Part shown: positions 42,401 to 50,300 of the stretch, piece by piece
Layout of the letters: each line of letters starts with the position of its first letter
Numbering within the stretch: position 1 is the stretch's first letter
Assembly (NCBI GenBank): GCA_963816395.1
Contig: CAWFKQ010000005.1
Span: 463,648 to 527,647 of the forward strand
DNA length: 64,000 bases
From: an uncultured delta proteobacterium
Lineage (GTDB): Bacteria > Desulfobacterota > Desulfuromonadia > Desulfuromonadales > JACZKF01
Direction: 5' to 3'
Position numbers and translations under genes: made by a program
The notes under the pieces: generated by a model
The model's input: only the letters and a program-made list of their open reading frames with translations
Databases searched by the model: none
Told to the model about the DNA's origin: nothing

Positions 42401-43197
42401 TCTTTGAACTGCGCGCGGCCGGAGCCCCGGGTGCCGAAGGTCAGCAGCTGCCGGCCGGAGAAGTCGTACTTGACCACCGTACAGTGGTCGCGATCGGCGA
42501 TGTAAAAACCGTCTTCGCCGACGGCGATGGCGGCCGGCTCGACCGGTCCCTTCACGGTGCTGAGATAGGTGCCGGCCTGATCGTAGATCTTGACCGCCCG
42601 CTCGCCGGCATCGACCACGTAGAGGTTCCCCCGGTGATCGAGGGCGAGGTCGACCGGCTGGCGCAGCCGCGCGCTTTCTTCGCCGCGTTCGCCGATCATC
42701 CCCATGAACACCCCGTTCGGGCCGAACACCTGCACCCGGCCGTTGCCGGAATCGGCAACGTAAATGACCCCGCCATAGACGGCGATGCCGGCCGGCTCAT
42801 CGAACTCTTTCGGCGCATCGCCACTTTTACCGAAGCTGCCGAGGCAGGAGCCGTCCTTGCCGAACAGGACGATCCGGTCGCGGTCGCGATCGGTAACGTA
42901 GATGATATCGCCGTCCACCGCAATGCCGGCGGCGCTCTTCAGGTCGGGGTGGTGGGGGTCGGTCTGGCCGAGAGCAGAGAGGGTCCTGCCTTCGCCGTCG
43001 ATGACGTAGGCGCCGCCTTTGGCGGTGGTCAGATAGAGGGTGCCGTCCGGATCGGCGGTAAGATGCTCGGGGTGTGAGAAGGGGATCTGGCGGACGAAAT
43101 TGATCTGCTGAAAGGCCGCTGGGGCCGCGACCGGCCAGCCGCCTGAAAAAACGCCGGCAGCGAGCAGGAGAAACCACGGAGTAAAACGCTTCCTCAT
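39490..43197 (-). CDS. Large secreted protein: two NHL beta-propellers, two FN3, transglutaminase-like domain, TPRs
   Basis: Signal peptide; many P-x-[GD]-[IL]-A...YVAD...R[IV]Q-F NHL repeats; Y-Y-RVSA FN3 strands; QYPRETL-x3-GDCDD...PGH...WIPVE; C-terminal TPRs. Confidence 0.82.
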   Translation of the reverse strand: MRKRFTPWFLLLAAGVFSGGWPVAAPAAFQQINFVRQIPFSHPEHLTADPDGTLYLTTAKGGAYVIDGEGRTLSALGQTDPHHPDLKSAAGIAVDGDIIYVTDRDRDRIVLFGKDGSCLGSFGKSGDAPKEFDEPAGIAVYGGVIYVADSGNGRVQVFGPNGVFMGMIGERGEESARLRQPVDLALDHRGNLYVVDAGERAVKIYDQAGTYLSTVKGPVEPAAIAVGEDGFYIADRDHCTVVKYDFSGRQLLTFGTRGSGRAQFKELSGLFVDGQAQLYVADRENNAIQLFTLEQGSEVDHVDRTPPPTAVRWLGETALAASRICWDGPRRRLLAVDEENQVLHIYRDEQPVATWRVPDWTPAAAAVDPQGQVWVADRGENRLLKLADDGSVLLQVGSYGSSKGYFSRPLDLAISPAGIIYVADSRNSRIQAFNTDGVFLSVIGAGEKSALLDTPIAVALDGKGNLYVLDSGRKMVLSFTPDGHPVREFGGPGVLDEPVAMALTADEVFILDVRHGGVQVYGLDGTFHRTFGALGSGKGDFRDPAAIAALDDTVIAVVDGDNKRLQKFRTIYTPQPVGQLNAVGGMREVRLDWPVSAASYVAAYLVYRAPAADKPFSLLARTTDGVYVDRDVAPGQTYCYRVSALAREGNESARTATASAVPGKGEVAAPASLRATPQEWSVELAWEPVGGAFFSHYNIYRREHGEFVKIAETREPDYVETGLDPSTEYAYRVSAVSTDAVESGRAEVQATTLLATRPPIEIVRADIENVFSNSYKLYENQGIGTLHIANNTRAKIATLKIAFTIKEFMDFPSEVEIKDVEPRSNRDVAVKAVFNNKILNVTEDTPVQAEIQVSYYEDGQLKTFSRNQTLNIFERHRMMWDVRERFATFITPKDEVILEFVRSVITQYPEIDDPLLVGGILYDALGLVGLTYLQDPANPYQITSGKTDFVDYIQYPRETLQRNSGDCDDLVALYCSMMESLGIRTMVLEVPGHMLMMFATALDPDQKPELMADMFVEYEGQLWIPVEMTLSGAPFFNAWEAGSRDYRDWVGRGLTMMDIHQAWENYKPASLAMSSWRPKAVVRQALQEKYDELKKLKKVRLSYLSRDYVDVARAEPDNYQPLLQLGILYAQESEPTEALDLLQKAEGLAPGQPAVKNDIGNVYFLQGNYEEARKYYNSAAELDPADPYILVNLARCCLKLKDREEAAKAFKRAIRMAPDIGARYRSMALELMGPL

Positions 43198-43286
43198 CAC
43201 ATCCCCCAGAGAGGTCATAGCAACAATGAACGCAGGCCGCTACAAGGTAGCATAATCCCGATCTTTAATGGAAAAGGAAAAATGTT

Positions 43287-45281
43287 CTATTTCCGCAGGG
43301 CCGTGTAATAACCCTCCCAGTCGCCGGGCGGCGGCTGGGCGATGAACTCCCGGCAGCGCTCGGCGTACAGCCGGGACGGCCGGTCGCCATGGCGGTCGGC
43401 GAGAGCGGCGAAAAGCCCGGCCGCCTCGGTAAACCGTCTTTGCCGGTAAAAGCCCAGGGCGGCGGCGAAATCGCCGAGCCATTGCGGCGGCTCCGGCATG
43501 ACTTCGTAGATGGCCAGCGGCCGCCGCTTCCCCTTGACGCGGACCCAGTCGATCTCGCGCAGCGCGAAGCTGCCCGGCGGCAGCAGCCGACGGGTCGCGT
43601 CGCTGACCAGCAGACGCGTGCCGTACAGTTTGTTGATCCCTTCCAGCCGCGAGGCCAGATTGACGTTGTCGCCGATGGCGGTGTATTCCATCTTCTTCCC
43701 CTCGGCGCCGATGTTGCCGACCACCACCTCGCCGCTGTTGATGCCGATGCGCATCGACAACGGCTCCTGCCCGACCTGCTGCCAGCGGCGGCAGAGCTCG
43801 TCCATTTTGGCGCTCATACGCAAGGCGCAGGCGACCGCCAGCTCGGCATGCCGCTCCTGCTCGATCGGCGCCCCCCAGAAGGCCATGATGCCGTCGCCGA
43901 TGAACTTATCCAGCGTTCCCTCGTGATCCATGATCAGATGCGTCATCTCCGCCAGGTACTGGTTGAGGATGCGCACCACCTCCTGCGGCGGCAGGTTCTC
44001 GCTGAAGCCGGTATAGTTCTGTACGTCGGAAAACAGGATGGTGATCTGCCGGCTTTCGCCGCCGATCCTGGCCTGGCTGGGGTCCCTGACCAGCTGATCG
44101 ACCACTTTCCTCGAAACGTAGCTGGAGAAGATGTTGCGGATCTCCCGGGTCTTGCGGTCGAGGAAGAAAAACCGCAGGTAAGCGGTGGCGCAGAAAGCGA
44201 GAACAATGCTCAGCTGCGGGTAAACCATGCTGATCCAGTGCCCGTGGAGAAACAGGGCATAGGCGAACGCGGCCTGGCCGAGCATCAGCAGAATGATCAG
44301 CGGCAGGGAGATCGCATGACGCAGGCTGAGGGTGATGAACGCTGCGGCGATGCCGAAAACGACGATGGCCAGCAGATCGATCAGCCCTTCGAAGCCGCCG
44401 CGCTGAAGAAAGCTGCCGCGCAGGAGGCTGTCGATCACATTGGCATGCACCTCCACCCCCGGGGCGTTGTTGGAGAAAGGGGTAACCCGCAGGTCGTAGA
44501 GGCCCAGGGCGGTGGCGCCGACCAGCAGCAGCTTGCCGGCGAGGGCCTCGGCCGGGACTTTGCCCTTGACCACATCGACGAAGGAGTAGCGCGGATAGAT
44601 CCCGGGCGGGCCGATGTAGTTGATCAGGGCAAGATGGTCGCGGTCGGTGGGGATGAGCCGGCGGCCGATCCTGACCGCATAGGCGCCGGGGATGATCGCG
44701 GAACCGCCCAGAGCCGTGCGCGCCGCCGCCAGGGCCAGGGAAGGAACGGCGGCCCCCTGATAGGACAGCAGCAGGGGCGTCCAGCGCACCACCCCGTCGG
44801 CATCCGGCGTCAGGTTGATGTGCGCCCGGTAGCGGGAGGCCGCCTGCAACTCCGGCAGACTGCGGGTCAGGCCGGCGGGCGAGCCGTCGGCGGCGAAATC
44901 GAAGGCGACCGCCAGCGTCGTTCGGCCGGAGCGGCGCAGCGCCTCGGCAAAGGCGCCATCGGCAGCGGCGCTTTCCGGCTCCGGGAACAGGACGTCCAGA
45001 AAAATGCCTTTGGCCCCATCCGCCGTGACGCGGTCGATCAGTCGGGCAAACCAGATGCGGTTCCAGGGGAAACGCCCCAGTTCGGCAATGCTTTTCTCGT
45101 CGATGGCGATAATGACGAGGTCGTGATTCGGTTGGAGGGGACCGCGCAGGGTGCGAAAGCGGAAATCGTAGGTCCTGGCTTCGAATCCCTCCAGCAGCCC
45201 GGTCTGCAGATAATAGAGCAGCCCACAACTGAGAACGACGAGCGAGGTCAGGCCGACGATGATGAATTTGGTGCGCCGCAT
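43287..45281 (-). CDS. CHASE2-domain class III adenylate cyclase
   Basis: TM, CHASE2 (AIDEKS-LGRFPW-R, DADGVVR, PGVEVHAN), 3 TM, cyclase (LFSDV, DKFIGDG, YTAIGDNVNLASRLE), TPR-like tail. Confidence 0.92.
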   Translation of the reverse strand: MRRTKFIIVGLTSLVVLSCGLLYYLQTGLLEGFEARTYDFRFRTLRGPLQPNHDLVIIAIDEKSIAELGRFPWNRIWFARLIDRVTADGAKGIFLDVLFPEPESAAADGAFAEALRRSGRTTLAVAFDFAADGSPAGLTRSLPELQAASRYRAHINLTPDADGVVRWTPLLLSYQGAAVPSLALAAARTALGGSAIIPGAYAVRIGRRLIPTDRDHLALINYIGPPGIYPRYSFVDVVKGKVPAEALAGKLLLVGATALGLYDLRVTPFSNNAPGVEVHANVIDSLLRGSFLQRGGFEGLIDLLAIVVFGIAAAFITLSLRHAISLPLIILLMLGQAAFAYALFLHGHWISMVYPQLSIVLAFCATAYLRFFFLDRKTREIRNIFSSYVSRKVVDQLVRDPSQARIGGESRQITILFSDVQNYTGFSENLPPQEVVRILNQYLAEMTHLIMDHEGTLDKFIGDGIMAFWGAPIEQERHAELAVACALRMSAKMDELCRRWQQVGQEPLSMRIGINSGEVVVGNIGAEGKKMEYTAIGDNVNLASRLEGINKLYGTRLLVSDATRRLLPPGSFALREIDWVRVKGKRRPLAIYEVMPEPPQWLGDFAAALGFYRQRRFTEAAGLFAALADRHGDRPSRLYAERCREFIAQPPPGDWEGYYTALRK

Positions 45282-45526
45282 CCGCCGAAATTAGCAATCA
45301 GCCTGACTTCTGTAAAGATTAATCTGGCGGACCGGCTCGGGCGGGGTTTGTCGCCGCCACCCCCTCCTTCCTGATCTCCCCTTGAACGGGGAGGAAATCA
45401 AACAGCGGGAGACGGGTTCCCATCAATTTTCATTATGACCCGTTACCCATTTTTCATCTGGCATTCTGCCATCTCCCCGCTAGAATTTAGCCCCAGCAGC
45501 TTTCCTCTTGCAGATGGGGACTTTTC

Positions 45527-47111
45527 ATGAACACTACGCAGAAAACAGAGGAAGCCCAGGGCTTCCAGGCCCTGCGGGAGAATCCTGATAGCCTGCTGAT
45601 CCTGCTGGATACCATCGCCTGCGGCATTCTCACGGTGGATCGGCAAGGGCGCATCAGCTTCACCAATGCCAGCGCCCGGCGGCTGCTCGGAAAATCCAGG
45701 GAAGAGCTGGTCGGCCGCTCCTTTGCCGGCCTCGGCTGGGAGGACGGTGAGGGTGCCCAGGTCGTCCCGGAAAACCATCCTTTTACCGCCGCCCTGAAAG
45801 GTGGAAAAACCGCCCGGGGAGAAATCTTCAGCTTCCCCTCCCAGGATGGCCGGGAAAGGACCTATTTCATCCTCAATGTCGTTCCGCTGCACGATCGGCG
45901 CGGACGGATCAGCGGCGCCGCCGCCGATTTCATCGACATGACCGAAGCGGTCGGTTTCCGGCGGGAGCGTGAACGCCTGCTCGCGGCCCTGGGAGAAAGC
46001 GAGGCGCGCTACCGGATGCTGGCCGAAAGTGCGCCGGTGGGTGTATTCGAATGCGACGCCGAGGGCCGCTGGCTGTATGTCAACCCCCGCTGGGAGGGGA
46101 TCTCCGGCCGCACCGGAGAGGAGTGTCTCGGCCTGGGCTGGGCGATGGCGGTTCATCCGGAAGATCGGGAGAGAAGTTCTCCGCGATTTTCAACAACAGC
46201 CGGCGGCCCCGGGGATTCTGGAACAGGAATTCCGTCTGCTGCACCCGACGGGGCGCACCGTCTGGGTGCGCCTGCTGCGCCGGACGGTAACTTTCGAAAA
46301 GGGCGACCGGCATTTCGTCGGCACGGTAGAGGATGTCACGGCCCGCAAGGAAACGGAGCTGGCATTGCAGCAGGCGAAAGAATCGGCGGAAGAGGCGAGT
46401 CAGGCCAAAAGCCGGTTCCTATCGGTCATGAGCCACGAGATCCGCACCCCGATGACCATTTTCACCGGCATGCTGGAACTCGCCCTGGCCGGGGATCTCG
46501 GCCGGGAGGCGCGCAGCTACCTGGAAGCGGCCCAGACGGCCGCCGATTCCCTGCTGATGCTGATCGAGGATATTCTTCTCTATGCCGAGCTTGAAGCCGG
46601 CGATCCCATCCTCGAAAGTTTCGATTTCGACCTGGCTTCCTGCGTGCGGGAGGCTTTGCGCCCTGCCGCCGCCGCGGCGGCGCAAAAAGGGCTCTCTTTC
46701 CACCTGGAACTGGCGGAGGAAATCCCGGAGCGACTGAGCGGGGATCCGCGACGCCTGCGCCAGGTGCTGGCCAACCTGGCGGATAACGCCGTCCGCTTTA
46801 CCGAGCGAGGGGAGGTGTCGGTGCTGGTGGAGCCCTGTCGCGACTGCCTGCGCGAGAAGGATGAAGGACTGCGCATCTCCGTCAGCGACACCGGCTGCGG
46901 CATTCCCGGCGAAAAGCTGGGCGGGATCTTTCAGGCCTTCGGTCAGTTGGATACTTCCTCGACCCGCCGTCACGGCGGTACCGGCCTGGGGCTGGCGATC
47001 AGCAGGGGGATCATCACCTCGATGGGGGGGGAAGTGCGGGTGGAAAGCGCCATCGGGGCTGGAAGTATTTTCTCCTTCGTCATCCCCGTGGGATCGCAAG
47101 CCGACCCTTGA
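45527..47111 (+). CDS. Soluble PAS-PAS sensor histidine kinase, frameshifted near 46175
   Basis: Two PAS domains; MSHEIRTP H-box; NLADNAVRFT, DTGCGI, GGTGLGLAI. No receiver domain. Confidence 0.88.
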
Positions 47112-47134
47112 CCCCAACCGTATCCCTGTGGTTT

Positions 47135-47635
47135 TCAGTGCGCCACCGGCGAGGCATGGTTCTCGGCCACCACCTCGCGCATCAGCTGCCGGATCTTGGG
47201 GAGGACCTTCTGCACCCGCCCCTGCACCAGTTCCGACGATTTCCGGACGAGAAAGGGCATTTTTTCGATGAGGCGCTGCCCGGCGGGACTCTCGTAAAAA
47301 TCGACCATCTGGCCCAGTTCCTCCTCGGAGAAGGCGGCGGCATACAGCTCGACATACTCGGGCTTGAGACTCTCCCAGTTGAGTTCATCATAGAGGAGGT
47401 CAAAAATCTTCCGCTGCAGCTCCTTTGCCCTCTCTTCCTTTTCCGGCGGCAGGTCCAGCTCATTCAATTGGGCGATCTGCGCTTTCTTGATCTGTTCCAG
47501 CAGGTTCTCCGTATTTTTCTCGGTATTGGTCAGCACCAGCAGCTTCTCGATCAACCCCGTCTTCGGGTCGGCCGCCAGGGCGGCCGGGGAAAACCCGAGG
47601 CTCAGCAGAAGGGCCAGGCTAAGGAATCTGTTCAT
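47135..47635 (-). CDS. DUF2059 secreted protein
   Basis: Signal peptide; YAAAFSEEEL-x4-FYESPAGQ. Confidence 0.82.
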   Translation of the reverse strand: MNRFLSLALLLSLGFSPAALAADPKTGLIEKLLVLTNTEKNTENLLEQIKKAQIAQLNELDLPPEKEERAKELQRKIFDLLYDELNWESLKPEYVELYAAAFSEEELGQMVDFYESPAGQRLIEKMPFLVRKSSELVQGRVQKVLPKIRQLMREVVAENHASPVAH

Positions 47636-47664
47636 TGAGGTTACTCCGGATAGTGAACGGGCCT

Positions 47665-48369
47665 TTACATCTTTTCCTTGATCCCCTTCTTCAGCAGCCA
47701 CCAGTTCACCGGATAGGAAGTCAGCAGGCCGAACCACATGGCGATCTGCATCATGAACCAGAAGACCGGGCTGGTCTTGTGGATCTCGTGGCCGAAAATG
47801 GCGAAGGTGGCAATCGCCATCCAGCCGTACATGCCGACCTGCCAACTGGTCAGCGACAGGGTGTCCGCCTTGACCGCGGCCACCAGCCCCTTGCCGAGGG
47901 AGAGTCCGCGCATGGGGGCGATGGTGAAATACTGGAAGATGATGCCGAAAAGATAGGCGAAGGCGTAGTCGAGCGCCCAGGCGCCGAAGATCTTGTGCCC
48001 GAAGAGGATGATGGGGACGGCCAGGATGAGCCATTCGGCGCAGATGTCCCCCAGGGTGCAGCCGCTGCCGCAGTGGGTGGCGCCCAGGGCGGTCATCTGC
48101 CAGAAGGGCTTCTGCTTACCCGGCGGTGTCTCCCCGCGCTCCTTGGCCCGCATCATCGCCTGATGGGTGGAGAGACGCCCGACGGTGAAATAGGCGTACA
48201 GGGCGAAGACGCTGCCGTACAGGGCGGTGATCGGCCAGACGACGTTCATGATCCACATATGCTGTTTGTGGCCGCGCAGGATGTCGATGACGATGATCAG
48301 GGCGCAGATCCCCGCCACCACCAGGGAAACGGCAGCCAGGATCTGCAGCCAGTCGGGATAATCATGCAT
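47665..48369 (-). CDS. DUF4396 membrane protein
   Basis: MWIMNVVWP, HCGSGCTLGD, FQYFTI, YPVNWWL-x2-G-x-KEKM. Confidence 0.82.
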   Translation of the reverse strand: MHDYPDWLQILAAVSLVVAGICALIIVIDILRGHKQHMWIMNVVWPITALYGSVFALYAYFTVGRLSTHQAMMRAKERGETPPGKQKPFWQMTALGATHCGSGCTLGDICAEWLILAVPIILFGHKIFGAWALDYAFAYLFGIIFQYFTIAPMRGLSLGKGLVAAVKADTLSLTSWQVGMYGWMAIATFAIFGHEIHKTSPVFWFMMQIAMWFGLLTSYPVNWWLLKKGIKEKM

Positions 48370-48383
48370 GGGCCTACTCCCGT

Positions 48384-49496
48384 TCAGATTTCCAGCCGCA
48401 CCAGGCGTTTGCCACCCCCGGCGCCAGGTTTCAGCAGCTCCGCCGCTCCGTGCCCGGCGCGCTGCTGACGGAAGGTCGCCTGCGGCTCCTGGCTGGAGAC
48501 CTTGCCGGCCTGGAACAGGGCGAAGCGCAGGAGCAGCGCTCCGGCCGTCCCCAGCACGCTGGCGAGCGGTTTTTTCCACCGGCGGCGCAGGGGCAGCAGG
48601 CTGAGCAGCAGGCTGGCGGCGGTCAGCCCTTTCGCTCCCTGCCACATGCGGCCGGTTTTCCCCCGATGCAGCGGTTCGGCCACCTCCGGCACCTGGCATG
48701 CGGCCTTCTCCACCGCCTGGATGCCGGCCAGCTCCGCCGCTTTGCCGAGGGTGCCGAAGCGGCGGGCCACCGCCTGCTCCTTTTCGCTCAGAGAGAACAT
48801 TTCCAGCAGGTCGCCGAGACCGGCCATTCCCGAGGCGGTGAAGAGGACCGGCAGCGGCCGTCGCGCCGCCTGCCAGAGGGGGACGGCGGTATTGGCGAGC
48901 AGCACGCCGGTATAGCCGGCCAGGGGAATGCCGAGCATCCCGCCGGCCGCTCCGGCGGCCCGCCCCAGGGGAGCCAGGGAGCCTTTCGTTTCGGCCAGCA
49001 GAGACAAGGCCAGGGCCCCCCCCGATTTGGCCAGGGTCCAGGAGCCCACGCTCATCGGCGAACTCGGCCGGAAGACCCGCAGCATGTGCAGGAAACGCCC
49101 CGGCCGCCCCAGATCGTAGGTCAGCAGGCCGCTCCCCAGGGCGGCGCCGGCCGCCCCGATCGTCCGGCAGCGGCGGCGCAGCCCGCGCAGGTCCTCCCGC
49201 TCCCGCACCTGCAGCGCCGCGGCGAGCACCGCCGCCGCCCCGGCCACGCCGCCGACATAGAAGTACAGCGGCACCGACCAGATCCACACCGGCTCCTTGA
49301 CCGCCGGCCGGCCGTAGTAGTCCGGCTCTCTCTGGTCGGCAAAATGCCGAACCGGGCTCTGCTGCCAGATCGTCAGCGGCGCCCGCTGCGGGTGCTCCCG
49401 CGGGGAGCGCACCTCCTGTCCCGCCGCCTCTCCCGTCAGCAGGCCGACTGCGGGATCGATGTTCCGGCCCAGACCGTAATGGTCGACGGTTCCCAT
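48384..49496 (-). CDS. NrfD/PsrC-family membrane anchor of formate dehydrogenase
   Basis: YYGRPAVKEPVW, DLGRP-RF, SPMSVGSW, YTGVLL-TAVPLW. Confidence 0.88.
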   Translation of the reverse strand: MGTVDHYGLGRNIDPAVGLLTGEAAGQEVRSPREHPQRAPLTIWQQSPVRHFADQREPDYYGRPAVKEPVWIWSVPLYFYVGGVAGAAAVLAAALQVREREDLRGLRRRCRTIGAAGAALGSGLLTYDLGRPGRFLHMLRVFRPSSPMSVGSWTLAKSGGALALSLLAETKGSLAPLGRAAGAAGGMLGIPLAGYTGVLLANTAVPLWQAARRPLPVLFTASGMAGLGDLLEMFSLSEKEQAVARRFGTLGKAAELAGIQAVEKAACQVPEVAEPLHRGKTGRMWQGAKGLTAASLLLSLLPLRRRWKKPLASVLGTAGALLLRFALFQAGKVSSQEPQATFRQQRAGHGAAELLKPGAGGGKRLVRLEI

Positions 49497-49500
49497 CGTT

Positions 49501-50298
49501 TCAGCTCCTTTCCGGGCGGGTGAGCAGCAGGGTGCCGAAGGCGGCCAGGGCCATGCCGCAGCCGGCCAGGGCCATCGCCTCCCAGGCCTGCGCAACCTTT
49601 TTGGTCGGCACCACCGGGTCGGAGGGCAGATTGTAGACCTCCGGCCGGTCCACCAGCAGGAAGAAGGCATGCAGCCCCTCGGTGCCGGGCTGGTCCGCTT
49701 CCGTCATCCCGTAGAGGCGGGCCTCGGTCATGCCGTCGGCGTGCAGCTTGGCCAGCCGCTTGCGGGCCATCTCCTGCAGCTCCTCCAGCTCGCCGAAATT
49801 GATCGAGTCGGTGGGGCAGGCCTTGGCGCACGCCGGCTCCAGGCCGTCCTTCAGCCGGTCGTAGCAGAGGGTGCATTTCCAGGCGCGGCCGTCGTCCTGA
49901 CGGCGGTCGATGACCCCGAAGGGGCAGGCGACCACGCAGTAGCCGCAGCCGTTGCAGACATCCGGCTGCACGTAGACGTTGCCGAACTCGGTGCGCACGA
50001 TCGCCCCGGTGGGGCAGGCCTCCAGGCAGCCGGCACGCCGGCAGTGCTTGCAGACGTCGGAGGCGAGCAGCCAGGAGAAGCGCCCCACCCCGGTCGTCTG
50101 CCCGGAAAGGGGGACGGCGCGCTCGACGAAGGCGACATGGCGCCAGGTGGAGACCCCCAGGTCGACGGTGTTGTCGTAGCTCATACCGGTGAAGCGCAGA
50201 CCGTCGTCGGGCAGCTGGTTCCACTGCTTGCAGGCCGATTCGCAGGCCTTGCAGCCGATGCAGACGGTGGTGTCGGTGAAGAATCCCTTGATGCCCAT
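49501..50298 (-). CDS. Formate dehydrogenase iron-sulfur (beta) subunit
   Basis: Four 4Fe-4S Cys sets (CIGCKAC, CKHC, CNGCGYC, KCTLC); FdnH-like. Confidence 0.9.
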   Translation of the reverse strand: MGIKGFFTDTTVCIGCKACESACKQWNQLPDDGLRFTGMSYDNTVDLGVSTWRHVAFVERAVPLSGQTTGVGRFSWLLASDVCKHCRRAGCLEACPTGAIVRTEFGNVYVQPDVCNGCGYCVVACPFGVIDRRQDDGRAWKCTLCYDRLKDGLEPACAKACPTDSINFGELEELQEMARKRLAKLHADGMTEARLYGMTEADQPGTEGLHAFFLLVDRPEVYNLPSDPVVPTKKVAQAWEAMALAGCGMALAAFGTLLLTRPERS

Positions 50299-50300
50299 GG

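Noticed and set aside
39088..45374. Long plus-strand ORFs 39088-41346 and 43389-45374
   Set aside because: Antisense to well-supported minus-strand genes; no motifs.
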